Below the pieces are notes generated by a model that was given only the letters and a program-made list of their open reading frames with translations, searched no databases and was not told where the DNA came from. 64,000 nt of DNA from Candidatus Pacearchaeota archaeon (GTDB taxonomy: Archaea; Nanobdellota; Nanobdellia; Pacearchaeales; GW2011-AR1). The position numbers and the translations under genes were made by a program. The stretch is from positions 36,754 to 100,753 of the forward strand of contig JASFEO010000002.1 of NCBI GenBank assembly GCA_050124795.1, read 5' to 3'. The number at the start of each line of letters is the position of its first letter. Positions within the stretch are counted from its first letter, which is position 1. This document shows, piece after piece, positions 39,466 through 48,735 of this stretch.

Positions 39466-39819
39466 TTATCTATAAGAAAATCTCCTGCTGATAATTTCTA
39501 AGGATTTTCTCGAGGGAATTTCCAAATAATCATCGCAATTATTTTCATCTAAAATATTTGCAAGTTCAATTTGTTTTTTTAATTTTTTTAAATTCTCAGG
39601 ACTCGTGTCTTCAAGGTCATATTTTATTATTATACTCGTGTGAGAAAAAGGTCTTCCTGAAATCCCCTTTGATTCTGCAATCTTTTGCCACGGTTTTAAC
39701 TCTTTACTCCAGACATGCCCTCCTCTTAGCTCATACTTCTTTGGATATTTTTCAATAACATCGTTATAATCAATTCCATTATTAGAGTCTAATGTCCACA
39801 TAAAAAATTCAGTCTTCAT
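39466..39819 (-). CDS. Hypothetical protein
   Basis: 117-aa ORF. Confidence 0.55.
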   Translation of the reverse strand: MKTEFFMWTLDSNNGIDYNDVIEKYPKKYELRGGHVWSKELKPWQKIAESKGISGRPFSHTSIIIKYDLEDTSPENLKKLKKQIELANILDENNCDDYLEIPSRKSLEIISRRFSYR

Positions 39820-39955
39820 GAGTTTATATTAATTATTATTCTGGAAAACATATAATCAAAATAACACTTGTTTAATGAGCAAGATAAAATTAAAACCAAT
39901 TAAGATTAACCTTTTAAAACAAGTCTTGCATTTTTCTTAATTAAATTAACTGACT

Positions 39956-40210
39956 TTAATGCATTGAAATTTTTTCCCTATAGCAATCGCTTCCAAAATC
40001 CCCGACTTTTTCCTGCCAGTCAATAACACTGTAAACTTTATCATTTGAAATCATTTTTACAACTCCAAAAAGAACGTCCTCTCTTCGCATTTTTTGCGCA
40101 ACCTCAAGACCGTGCCTCTCTCTAATAAAACCTATTGCTTCTCTCAATTTATAAAATTTGCAGCCTTCTTCAAAAATCGTTTCCTCAGGCATTTCATATA
40201 ATTCATCCAT
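39956..40210 (-). CDS. Hypothetical protein, probable paralog of 36612-36902
   Basis: IRERHGLE...YSVIDW..GDF..Y. Confidence 0.55.
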   Translation of the reverse strand: MDELYEMPEETIFEEGCKFYKLREAIGFIRERHGLEVAQKMRREDVLFGVVKMISNDKVYSVIDWQEKVGDFGSDCYREKISMH

Positions 40211-40284
40211 TCAAATCAAACCAAAAAACTCCTTATAAAAATTATTGCAATAGAAAACTATATTTGCATTATATATAATCTATA

Positions 40285-40536
40285 TTAACTAACCTTCATC
40301 CCAACCTTGACATCTTTCTCAGGCGAGATAACAGAATCATTAACCAATGGAACAACCAAATTATTTTCCTTAATCCCGACAATTATTTTCTTCCCCTTTT
40401 TCACATTAATTTTTTGTTTCAATTCCAGAACTTTTTCACCAACATCAACTTTAATATTTTCTTCATCTATTTCAACAACTTCTCCGACTATTAAATCAAC
40501 TTTCATCCAATCTTCAAAATTAATTTCTGGTTTCAT
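40285..40536 (-). CDS. Shortened tRNA-binding OB-fold (Trbp111/MetG-C-like) paralog
   Basis: INFEDWMKVDLIVGEV..VDVGEK..ISPEKDVKVG; lacks NL.P...G..S.GM motif. Confidence 0.7.
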   Translation of the reverse strand: MKPEINFEDWMKVDLIVGEVVEIDEENIKVDVGEKVLELKQKINVKKGKKIIVGIKENNLVVPLVNDSVISPEKDVKVGMKVS

Positions 40537-41099
40537 TTTTTATAAACTGATTTAATGAATGATCTTATTTGTGAAGCGACAATTTCAATAAGCTCGTTTA
40601 ACTTTAAAACAAACACAGGGTTAATATCAACTTTCTCATTTAATAATTTTTCTTTTACAGAAATTCCCCTTGACAAAAGGATTGATTTTATTTTTGAGTT
40701 TAGTTCATAATTTAATAAGTTTCTTGAATTTTTGCAAACAATAACTCCTAATTGCAACTCAGCATTTTTTAATGAAGATAAAAACAAATCAACATCTGTT
40801 GAATCAATTAATTTATATTTAATCTGCAAACCCAATTTAACTTCTCCTAAAAATCCCACACTAAAATTAAGAAATCCATCAATACCTCTATCTCTGGTTT
40901 TTGGAGTTTTAACTAATGCTATATTCATATACTCAAAAAATTCATAGATTATTTCTTCAAATGTGAAACCTTTATTTTCCGAGGATTCAATTCTTTTTTT
41001 AACTCTTTCAAAAATAAACTCTTTAATTTTTTCTTCTTCAAAACAAATGTCTTCATCAAAGGTTATTTCTTCTTCTAAACTTGAAAAAAGATTATTCAT
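40533..41099 (-). CDS. Mrr-like PD-(D/E)xK restriction endonuclease domain protein
   Basis: FEEII..TPKTRDRGIDG...LQIK pattern of Mrr_cat. Confidence 0.7.
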   Translation of the reverse strand: MNNLFSSLEEEITFDEDICFEEEKIKEFIFERVKKRIESSENKGFTFEEIIYEFFEYMNIALVKTPKTRDRGIDGFLNFSVGFLGEVKLGLQIKYKLIDSTDVDLFLSSLKNAELQLGVIVCKNSRNLLNYELNSKIKSILLSRGISVKEKLLNEKVDINPVFVLKLNELIEIVASQIRSFIKSVYKK

Positions 41100-41449
41100 T
41101 TTACAAAATTAATTTTGCTCCCATTTTCTTTTTTCTCCTTTGGAGAGATTAAAACACAAACATTCTCTTCTTTACTTCCTGCTGCTAAAAGCATTCCTTC
41201 ACTTAATATACCCCTCATTTTTCGAGGAGCTAAGTTAGCTAAAACAATTATTTTTTTATTTAGAAGTTCATCTTTAGAATAATATTTCTTAATTCCTGCG
41301 CAAATTGTTCTCATTTTTTCTTCACCTAAATCAACACTTAATTTGTAAAGTAAATCAGCTCCTTCTATTTCTGTGGCTTCTTTTATCTCACCAACTCGCA
41401 AATCAAGTTTCATCCAGTCTTCAAAATTAATTTTTGCTATTCCCTCCAT
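41096..41449 (-). CDS. tRNA-binding protein (MetRS C-terminal domain/Trbp111/CsaA-like)
   Basis: DWMKLDLRVGEI, GADLLY, RTICAGI, NLAPRKMRGILSEGMLLAA. Confidence 0.9.
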   Translation of the reverse strand: MEGIAKINFEDWMKLDLRVGEIKEATEIEGADLLYKLSVDLGEEKMRTICAGIKKYYSKDELLNKKIIVLANLAPRKMRGILSEGMLLAAGSKEENVCVLISPKEKKENGSKINFVK

Positions 41450-41495
41450 AATTAATTAAGAATTAGGCGGTTTAAATAATTAATTATTTCAATAT

Positions 41496-41915
41496 TTATA
41501 AAATATCCCTTGCTCTTCTTTCTGATTTCCTTAATGCTTTTATATGTTCAGCATTTGTTATTGCTTCTTTACAAGCCCCCCCATAACCTTCTAAAAAATC
41601 TTTTTCATTCTTAGGAGATATCCCTTTTGAATCTATGAGGGTATAACCCTTTTTACCAGAAACTTTTTGATTATATGTCTCTTCCGCGGATAAAACAATT
41701 TCAAGACTTTTAGGGTCAACTAATTTTTCCAACCCCCTTCCAAATTCAAGCCCGAGTATAAAAGATCCCAAAGAGCGACCTTCATATTCCATAGTTCCTT
41801 CTTTGAGAAGGGGCGATTTACAGCAATAAGTATGCTTTGTTTTAAAAAATCTCTTAATTCCTCCCGGAACATAAGTTTTCTTAAACAGCAAAACCTGATT
41901 ATCTTTTAATTCCAT
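41496..41915 (-). CDS. Hypothetical protein, paralog of 42758-43159
   Basis: MELKDNQVLL, CKSPL, LEIVLS, GISxxxxxxFLxGY shared. Confidence 0.7.
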   Translation of the reverse strand: MELKDNQVLLFKKTYVPGGIKRFFKTKHTYCCKSPLLKEGTMEYEGRSLGSFILGLEFGRGLEKLVDPKSLEIVLSAEETYNQKVSGKKGYTLIDSKGISPKNEKDFLEGYGGACKEAITNAEHIKALRKSERRARDIL

Positions 41916-42000
41916 TTTCTATCTTTCTAAAAAGTATCTCGCCTTTTTTAATATTATTATTCTGTGAAATATATTTTCGAAGTTAATTATCAATTAATCC

Positions 42001-42483
42001 TTAAATTTCTTTTCTATTTTTATAATATGGAGAATCTGAAGGAAAGGCTTTAATCTTCTTAGTGTCAGGTTTAGTAGCTTTTGATTTGTTAGTAATCACC
42101 CCCGTAGGAACAGGAGTTATTTTATTTAATTTTTTTCTTTCAGGAACTCTTAATCTCATTCTTCGATCTCTTTTCCAAAATCTTTCCTTTAAGTTATTCT
42201 CTAAATTTTCTATTTTCTCTTTTTCATTTTTCCCATCTGCATAGGCAGTTATTTTTTCTCTGTCTCTTGGAAAATTTCCCAATCCCGGATTAAATTCATA
42301 CAGGACACTGCAATCCAAAAGGTGATAGGTAACACTCCCTCCAATATAGCGCAATCTATTTGCTTCATTTTTCCCATTCACATATCCGTCTTTATTAAGT
42401 TCATGAAAAACTTCCAAAACTTTCCATGGATACAAAAAATCATTATCTGTTAATGAATCCTGCTCGTGAATTATTTTAGGCAT
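42001..42483 (-). CDS. Hypothetical protein
   Basis: 160-aa ORF, TAAAATG coupling. Confidence 0.55.
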   Translation of the reverse strand: MPKIIHEQDSLTDNDFLYPWKVLEVFHELNKDGYVNGKNEANRLRYIGGSVTYHLLDCSVLYEFNPGLGNFPRDREKITAYADGKNEKEKIENLENNLKERFWKRDRRMRLRVPERKKLNKITPVPTGVITNKSKATKPDTKKIKAFPSDSPYYKNRKEI

Positions 42484-42484
42484 T

Positions 42485-42754
42485 TTATTTTTGCCAAGGC
42501 AATTCTCCTTTTAGATAAGCCTCGCGATAATCTTTATGATTTAACCTTTGAGGGTTATATTTTTTAATATATTCTTCTGCATCTTTATAATCCTTAGAAT
42601 AATCTCCAATGAAATTTCCATCTTCATCCCAATCAGTATTATGAGTAGCAATAATTAATTGTCCATTTTTCATGACAACTCTTTTTATTGCCCTCTCAAC
42701 CATTGCTTCTCCGCATGAAACAAAATAATTATCACTTGATTCTTCAATTGTCAT
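42485..42754 (-). CDS. Hypothetical protein
   Basis: 89-aa ORF. Confidence 0.55.
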   Translation of the reverse strand: MTIEESSDNYFVSCGEAMVERAIKRVVMKNGQLIIATHNTDWDEDGNFIGDYSKDYKDAEEYIKKYNPQRLNHKDYREAYLKGELPWQK

Positions 42755-42757
42755 TTT

Positions 42758-43159
42758 CTATTTTTTTCTTTTAAAATTTTGAAATTGTTGATCATAAAAT
42801 GCTTCATAACCTCTTAAAAAATTTCTTTGCTCTCTAAATGAAATTCCACTTGAAATTATATGGCGAAATTCTTTTTTATCATTCGAAAGAAGACTTCCAT
42901 TATATTCAATATCTCCTGACAAAACAATTTCAAGATCTCTCGGTTCAATTAATTCAATCTTCTCGTCTTTTAATTTTCCTCCAAACATTTCCCCAAGATA
43001 AAAAAGATCATTTAATGGATGACGAGTAGAGATCATGCCTGATAAAGGAGACTTGCAAAAATAAAAAGGAGAATCTTTTCTTGGAAGCATTCTCTTAAAA
43101 AAATTCCGATAAATTAATATATTTTTTATCAACAAAACCTGATTATCTTTTAATTCCAT
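42758..43159 (-). CDS. Hypothetical protein, paralog of 41496-41915
   Basis: Start MELKDNQ at 43159, 1 nt after metG stop. Confidence 0.7.
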   Translation of the reverse strand: MELKDNQVLLIKNILIYRNFFKRMLPRKDSPFYFCKSPLSGMISTRHPLNDLFYLGEMFGGKLKDEKIELIEPRDLEIVLSGDIEYNGSLLSNDKKEFRHIISSGISFREQRNFLRGYEAFYDQQFQNFKRKK

Positions 43160-43160
43160 T

Positions 43161-44633
43161 TTATATTTTCTTAAAAAGGATTTCACCTTTTTTAATTTTA
43201 TTGTGTTCAAGAAGTGGTTTTTTTATTTCATTCCAACTGATTTTAAATCCAAACTGCTCTGCTATTTTCTCACTTGTCGACGGAATAAAAGGGGAAAGTA
43301 AAATTGCAATAGACTTTATCATATTAGCGACTTCATATAAAATTTTTTTGTTTTTGGTCTCCCAAGGCTTTGTTGATTGAATATATTCATTACAAATATC
43401 TATCTCTTCAAATAAAAAGTTTAATGCTCTGTCAAATTGAAAACTATCCATAACTCCCTCAATCTTTTTATTTAGAATGGTGGATGCATAAAGAATAGAT
43501 TGGTCATCGTTTTTTCCTAATTTTTCCATTCCATTCTTCTCAACAAGTCCACTAACTCGCGAAACTAAATTTCCTAATTTATTTGCAAGTTCATTATTGT
43601 GCCTGTCAATCAAAGCCTCTTTTGAGAAATCCCCGTCAGAACCAAATGGAATTGTCCTCATTAAATAATATCTTAAAGTATCTGCTTCATATTCCTCCAA
43701 AAGTTCTAAGGGAGCCACGACATTTCCAACAGACTTTGACATTTTCCTTCCATTAACAGTTAAAAAACCATGTACAATTAATTCTTTAGGCAAAGGTAAA
43801 CCAAGACTCAAAAGCATTCCTGTCCAAATTCCTGCATGGAACCTGTGCATATCTTTTCCTGCAACGTGAACATCACATGGCCAATATTTTTTGTATTTTT
43901 TATCAGGATATCCTATTCCTGTCAGGTAATTTCCAAGAGCCTCGCACCACACATACATAACCTGGTTATCGTCGCCAGGAACAGGAATACCCCAAGGCAA
44001 ATGCTTTTTCTCTCTTGAAAAACTCACATCAGTCAACCCTTCCTTAGCCAAACCAAGAAAATCATTTTTCCATTGCTTTGGATAAATCTTATACTGATCT
44101 TCTTCAATTATTTTTTTAATCTCTTCAGAATACTTGCTTAATTTAAAAAAATAATTCTCCTCTGAAATCTTTTGAATTTCTAAACTTGGGTGGTCAGGAC
44201 ATTTTTCATCCACAAGGTCTTTTTCTGTAACAAATCTCTCGCAACCAGAACAATAAAAACCAGTATACTTTTTTTTATAGATGTCACCTTTTTCTGCTAA
44301 CTTCTTCCAGATATCTAGAACCCCTGGCCAATGCATTTTTTTATCTGTTGTCCTAATAAAAAAAGTATTGGAAATATTCAACTTCTTTGTTAGTTCCTGA
44401 AAATATCCTGAATTCATATCAACAAATTCCTTTGGTTCCATTCCAAGTTTTTTAGCAGTCTGATAATTCTTAGTTCCATGTTCATCTGTTCCTGTTAAAA
44501 AAAATACATCCTTCCCTTTAAGCTTGTTCCATCTTGCAAGAATATCTGCAGTAATTATTTCCAATGCAAAACCAATGTGCGGAGGCGCATTTGCATAAGG
44601 AATTGTCGTTGTAATGTAAAACTTTTTTTTCAT
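43161..44633 (-). CDS. metG: Methionine--tRNA ligase
   Basis: FYITTTIPYAN.PHIG, TGTDEHG, KMSKS. Confidence 0.96.
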   Translation of the reverse strand: MKKKFYITTTIPYANAPPHIGFALEIITADILARWNKLKGKDVFFLTGTDEHGTKNYQTAKKLGMEPKEFVDMNSGYFQELTKKLNISNTFFIRTTDKKMHWPGVLDIWKKLAEKGDIYKKKYTGFYCSGCERFVTEKDLVDEKCPDHPSLEIQKISEENYFFKLSKYSEEIKKIIEEDQYKIYPKQWKNDFLGLAKEGLTDVSFSREKKHLPWGIPVPGDDNQVMYVWCEALGNYLTGIGYPDKKYKKYWPCDVHVAGKDMHRFHAGIWTGMLLSLGLPLPKELIVHGFLTVNGRKMSKSVGNVVAPLELLEEYEADTLRYYLMRTIPFGSDGDFSKEALIDRHNNELANKLGNLVSRVSGLVEKNGMEKLGKNDDQSILYASTILNKKIEGVMDSFQFDRALNFLFEEIDICNEYIQSTKPWETKNKKILYEVANMIKSIAILLSPFIPSTSEKIAEQFGFKISWNEIKKPLLEHNKIKKGEILFKKI

Positions 44634-44672
44634 AAAATATCTAGAATTAATTGGTATAAAAGTTTATCTTTT

Positions 44673-47147
44673 CTAAAACCACTTTCCCAAACCTTCCTGC
44701 TTTTTCCCGTCAACAATTTCTTTAATATTAATTCCAAAGACTTCAAAAATATTTTCAACTGCAGGCATTACCTGTTTATTTAAATAATATTCAATATTAT
44801 ATTCATCTTCTTCATGCGGAAGTTTAACTTTGTCACGAACTAATTTTTTTTTGTCTTGCGTTTCAGCAATGAAATATTCAATCAGCCCTCCCTGCTCAAC
44901 TGGAATTTTTTGTTCTTTCATTTTTTTTGCCGCAACAACATGGGGCGAAAGAGTCTTGTATTCTGAAATTGGTTTTTTTAATTGCGTCCGAATAATCAAA
45001 TCTTCTTTTTTTACTTCCCTTGATTTTATTTTCTTAATAATTTCTTTTACAAATTCTAATGCTTTTTTTTCATTTCCGTCTTTTAGTATTTGCAAAATTA
45101 TTTTATTTTGCAACTTCCTTGCTAACTTGCACCAATCCCGACGAACAGTTTCAAAACCCCTTATTTTTAATTTACAGTATTTATCAATAACTGCATATTT
45201 TTTCTTTGCACCTGTTGTTCCCCCGCGAGTTTTAACCCAAAGCCCTCTTTTGAAAAAACCTTCAAGTTCCAATTCCATAACCCCTGGTAATTCAGAATTT
45301 AATTTTTTCAAAAATTCTTTTACTTCTTTTTCAGATTTTTCTTTCATTAAAAATCCTTCAGAATCAGTGTCGCCAAAAATAACTTTGTAACCAACGTCTT
45401 CAGTTTTTTTAATTATGTCTTTATTAAACTGTCTAACAAAGCCTAAAATTGAAGCAGAAGATTCTTTTGAATAATACCTCGCTCCAAAAAAACCAATATA
45501 ACCATGTATCGACGCTGACAAAAGTTTAAATGCATTGCTTCTTGCAAGGGTGATCCTGTTTGGATTTTTTTTATATTCTGCTTTGTATTTTTTTCTTTTT
45601 CTAAAAAGTTCCTCAACAAGTAGTGGAATAAATCCTTTTTCATGCGAAAAATAAAATTTCTTTTTCTCTCCATTGAACATCACTTCAGGAGATTCAAAAC
45701 AACCTTTTTCTTTTTTTTCTAATAATGTAGATTTGGAAATATTCATTGAAATAATTATGCTTGTGTGCATCGACGTAAAATCAAAAATTGCAATATCTTC
45801 ATAAAGCCCTGCTTCAGGAGAAAAAACATACGCTCCTTCAACTCCCCCGCTCTGCCGACGGGAACTTATCTCAGAATGAATCGGTCGCTTCTCAGGAATC
45901 TCATTATGCTTTTCCAGATTATGCAAAATATAATTTTCAACTTGCTTTGACAAACCATTTCTTGAAACATCAAACACAGGTTCACCAACTACTTTTGAGA
46001 ATTCTAATAAATCAGGCCAGAACTTCATAAATAATCCATAAGTTAAAACAGAATCCTGCAAATTATATTCATAATACTCTCTAAAATCTTTTTCACCTAA
46101 TTTTGACGAATGCTTAATTTCAAACTTTTTTTTCTTATCCTGCAAAAATTCCTTTGCAACTTCATTAAGAGTCAAAGTTTCAGATTGCATATATTGCGCA
46201 TAAGCAGTTCTAATAAAACGCAAAATATCGACGTGAACAATACCGTCAACTTTTGCTTGTATGTTAACTCCACGCGAAAACTTTGGTTCACTGCCGTCAA
46301 TTCCAAAATTAATTTTAACTTTATTTTTCATTGCCCGCGCTTTTATATACGGCAAATCAAAACCATCTGAATAATAACCAACTAAAAAATCAGGGGAGAT
46401 TTCTTTAACATACTCTGAAAATTTCTCAATCAATTCTGCTTCATCCTCGACATACTCAACATAATCAGGCTTTTTGTCTTCAACTTTTTTCCATGTTATA
46501 ACTTTTTTAAAATTCTCCCCCCCCAAAGAAACCATTAAAATCTCTCCCTCGCCAATTTTCAATTCATCAGTTTCAATGTCATAAGCCAAAACTTTAGGCA
46601 AAAAATTTTTCTCTTCAATTTTTTTATATCCTTCCAACTTAATGCAAATGTCAACATCTAAGCTCGTATCAATTTGATTAAACTCCAAGGAATTGTGTAA
46701 AACTTCCCCAGTAATTTCATACCAATTTAATGGATTAATTTTTCTCTCAATTATATAATGAGTTACAAAACCTAAGTCATATCCTCGGCGAAAATCAATT
46801 TCTTCTAAGTCTAACTTGTCTGCAATGTCATGCAAGTCTTTATAATTCGTTGCAAAAATTTTCAGAGCTTTTACTTTTTTCCCTGAAAAATTTTTTTCAC
46901 AAAGTTCGACTTTTTCAACTTTTGTTTCTCTTCCTTTAACATCAAGTTTTATTTTTTTTATCTTTTCAATTAATTTATCAATTTTTTCTTTTGATAAATT
47001 ATTTTTTAAAATCGCCCATAAGTAAACAGGACATGAATCAATCACGCAAACTCTTTTTCCGGAATCACTTCTTCCGACTATCTTTGCATAGTTTCTTCCT
47101 TTAAAATCAAAATATGAATAATCAATTGGAATAAAGTTTAATTTCAT
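44673..47147 (-). CDS. polB: Family B DNA polymerase
   Basis: Exo motifs YDIET, FDLPY; GDTDS; KKKYA; RGFETVRRDW. Confidence 0.93.
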   Translation of the reverse strand: MKLNFIPIDYSYFDFKGRNYAKIVGRSDSGKRVCVIDSCPVYLWAILKNNLSKEKIDKLIEKIKKIKLDVKGRETKVEKVELCEKNFSGKKVKALKIFATNYKDLHDIADKLDLEEIDFRRGYDLGFVTHYIIERKINPLNWYEITGEVLHNSLEFNQIDTSLDVDICIKLEGYKKIEEKNFLPKVLAYDIETDELKIGEGEILMVSLGGENFKKVITWKKVEDKKPDYVEYVEDEAELIEKFSEYVKEISPDFLVGYYSDGFDLPYIKARAMKNKVKINFGIDGSEPKFSRGVNIQAKVDGIVHVDILRFIRTAYAQYMQSETLTLNEVAKEFLQDKKKKFEIKHSSKLGEKDFREYYEYNLQDSVLTYGLFMKFWPDLLEFSKVVGEPVFDVSRNGLSKQVENYILHNLEKHNEIPEKRPIHSEISSRRQSGGVEGAYVFSPEAGLYEDIAIFDFTSMHTSIIISMNISKSTLLEKKEKGCFESPEVMFNGEKKKFYFSHEKGFIPLLVEELFRKRKKYKAEYKKNPNRITLARSNAFKLLSASIHGYIGFFGARYYSKESSASILGFVRQFNKDIIKKTEDVGYKVIFGDTDSEGFLMKEKSEKEVKEFLKKLNSELPGVMELELEGFFKRGLWVKTRGGTTGAKKKYAVIDKYCKLKIRGFETVRRDWCKLARKLQNKIILQILKDGNEKKALEFVKEIIKKIKSREVKKEDLIIRTQLKKPISEYKTLSPHVVAAKKMKEQKIPVEQGGLIEYFIAETQDKKKLVRDKVKLPHEEDEYNIEYYLNKQVMPAVENIFEVFGINIKEIVDGKKQEGLGKWF

Positions 47148-47187
47148 CTAAAAATCAGGAATCTGAATTATTTAAAATTTGGGATTA

Positions 47188-47302
47188 CGACTCGAGCAGG
47201 AATCTACTCCCAACCTCGCACGAAGTTTTTAATTTAGACACTGAATTTTTTGAGCTTCTACCACGAAGTTGCTCGCCTGCGCAAATAAATCTCTCTTGAG
47301 TT
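47188..47302 (-). repeat. Dispersed element family A copy plus duplicated tRNA-Ser 3' end
   Basis: Minus strand AACTCAAGA..CGAGCAACTTCGTGGTAGAAG..AAAAACTTCGTGCG-agg-TTGGGAGT, then ATTCCTGCTCGAGTCG (15/16 to tRNA 3' end 47324-39). Confidence 0.8.
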
Positions 47303-47323
47303 TAAGCAGGATTTAATTCTAAA

Positions 47324-47405
47324 CGCCTCGAGCAGGAATTGAACCTGCGCGTCCCGAAGGACCTCGGTTAGCAACCGAGTGCAATAACCACTATGCGATC
47401 GAGGC
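47324..47405 (-). tRNA. tRNA-Ser(GCT)
   Basis: GCCTCGA/TCGAGGC acceptor; CTCGG-TT GCT AA-CCGAG; long variable arm. Confidence 0.95.
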
Positions 47406-47502
47406 TTGAACTTATTAAAAATATCTGGCTTAAAAAGATTGTTATTTCAATTAATCTCGATTTATCCATTATCTTTTTAAATTATTTTTTATTCTTAATC
47501 AT

Positions 47503-48735
47503 ATGAAAAAAGAGGTTGAATTAAAAGAGGCTTATGAAAAATCAATTCAAATTTTAAAATCATGCTCAACTCCTTTTGGATTTCGCGCCGCCCAAATAAG
47601 CGAAGGACCTTATTCAAGAATATGGGGAAGAGACAGCATGATTTGTTCAATTGCTGCATTAACAACTAATGATAAATCTTTAATCAAACAAGTAAAAAAA
47701 TCCTTAAAGACACTTTTAAAATTTCAGCACAAACAGGGCCAGATTCCAAGCAACGTTGATATGAAAACAAAAAGAGTAAGTTACGGCTGGTCTGCAGGAA
47801 GAATCGACGCTCTTCTTTGGTTTTTAATTGGCTTTTCTCAATACGTCAAGCGAACTCATGACAGAAGATTTTTAAAAAAACATTATGAAGCTTATAAAAA
47901 AGCATTCAGGCTCGCTCAGGTTTATGAATTTAATAATAGGGGATTTATTTATGTCCCAAAAGGGGGCGACTGGGCAGACGAATTCATCCAGGAAGGTTAT
48001 GTTCTCTACGACGAACTTCTTTATTATCGCGCGTTTGAGGAATTTATTTCATTAAGAAAAAAAATATACAAGAAAAATGATTTCTATGAAAAAAAGAAAT
48101 CAGAAATCAGAAAAAAAATACTAACAAATTTTTTGCCCAATAAATCCAAAAAAAATTCAGAATCTGTTTATAATAAAATCTTATTTGAAAAAACATTGCA
48201 AAAAAAGAAATATCACACACCTTATCTTTTGCCGTTTTTTTCTCCGTCCTCATATGGCTTTAGATTTGATGGTTTTGCAAACACTCTTGCGATTTTATTT
48301 GGGATATTAGATAAAAAAAATGAAAAAAAATTATTAAAATATGTCTTCAACAATTTTGGAAAAAAAACAAATTACCTTCTTCCTGCATTTTCTCCTCCGA
48401 TTACAAAAAAGGATCCTGAATGGCAGCACTTGATTGAAAACTACTCAATCAAATTTAAAAATAAACCTCATGAATATCACAACGGAGGACTGTGGCCGGT
48501 TGTAACAGGTTTTTTTGCTGCAGCAATTTCAAAGAAAAATCCTAAAGAAGCAAGAAATTATCTTTTGGGAATCAACAAGGCAAATTCGCAAAACGGAAAA
48601 TCTTCATGGGACTTTTATGAATATTTAAACAGCAAAAACTTCAAAGCAAAGGGAACAAAAAAACAAGCATGGAGTGCAGCAGCAGGAATAATCGCCTACA
48701 ACTCTGTAATAAAAAAGGAAGCTTGTTTTATATGA
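47503..48735 (+). CDS. Glycoside hydrolase, GH100/alkaline-neutral invertase-like
   Basis: WGRDS, DALLWF, GGDWAD, YHNGGLWP, QAWSAA. Confidence 0.8.
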   Translation: MKKEVELKEAYEKSIQILKSCSTPFGFRAAQISEGPYSRIWGRDSMICSIAALTTNDKSLIKQVKKSLKTLLKFQHKQGQIPSNVDMKTKRVSYGWSAGRIDALLWFLIGFSQYVKRTHDRRFLKKHYEAYKKAFRLAQVYEFNNRGFIYVPKGGDWADEFIQEGYVLYDELLYYRAFEEFISLRKKIYKKNDFYEKKKSEIRKKILTNFLPNKSKKNSESVYNKILFEKTLQKKKYHTPYLLPFFSPSSYGFRFDGFANTLAILFGILDKKNEKKLLKYVFNNFGKKTNYLLPAFSPPITKKDPEWQHLIENYSIKFKNKPHEYHNGGLWPVVTGFFAAAISKKNPKEARNYLLGINKANSQNGKSSWDFYEYLNSKNFKAKGTKKQAWSAAAGIIAYNSVIKKEACFI

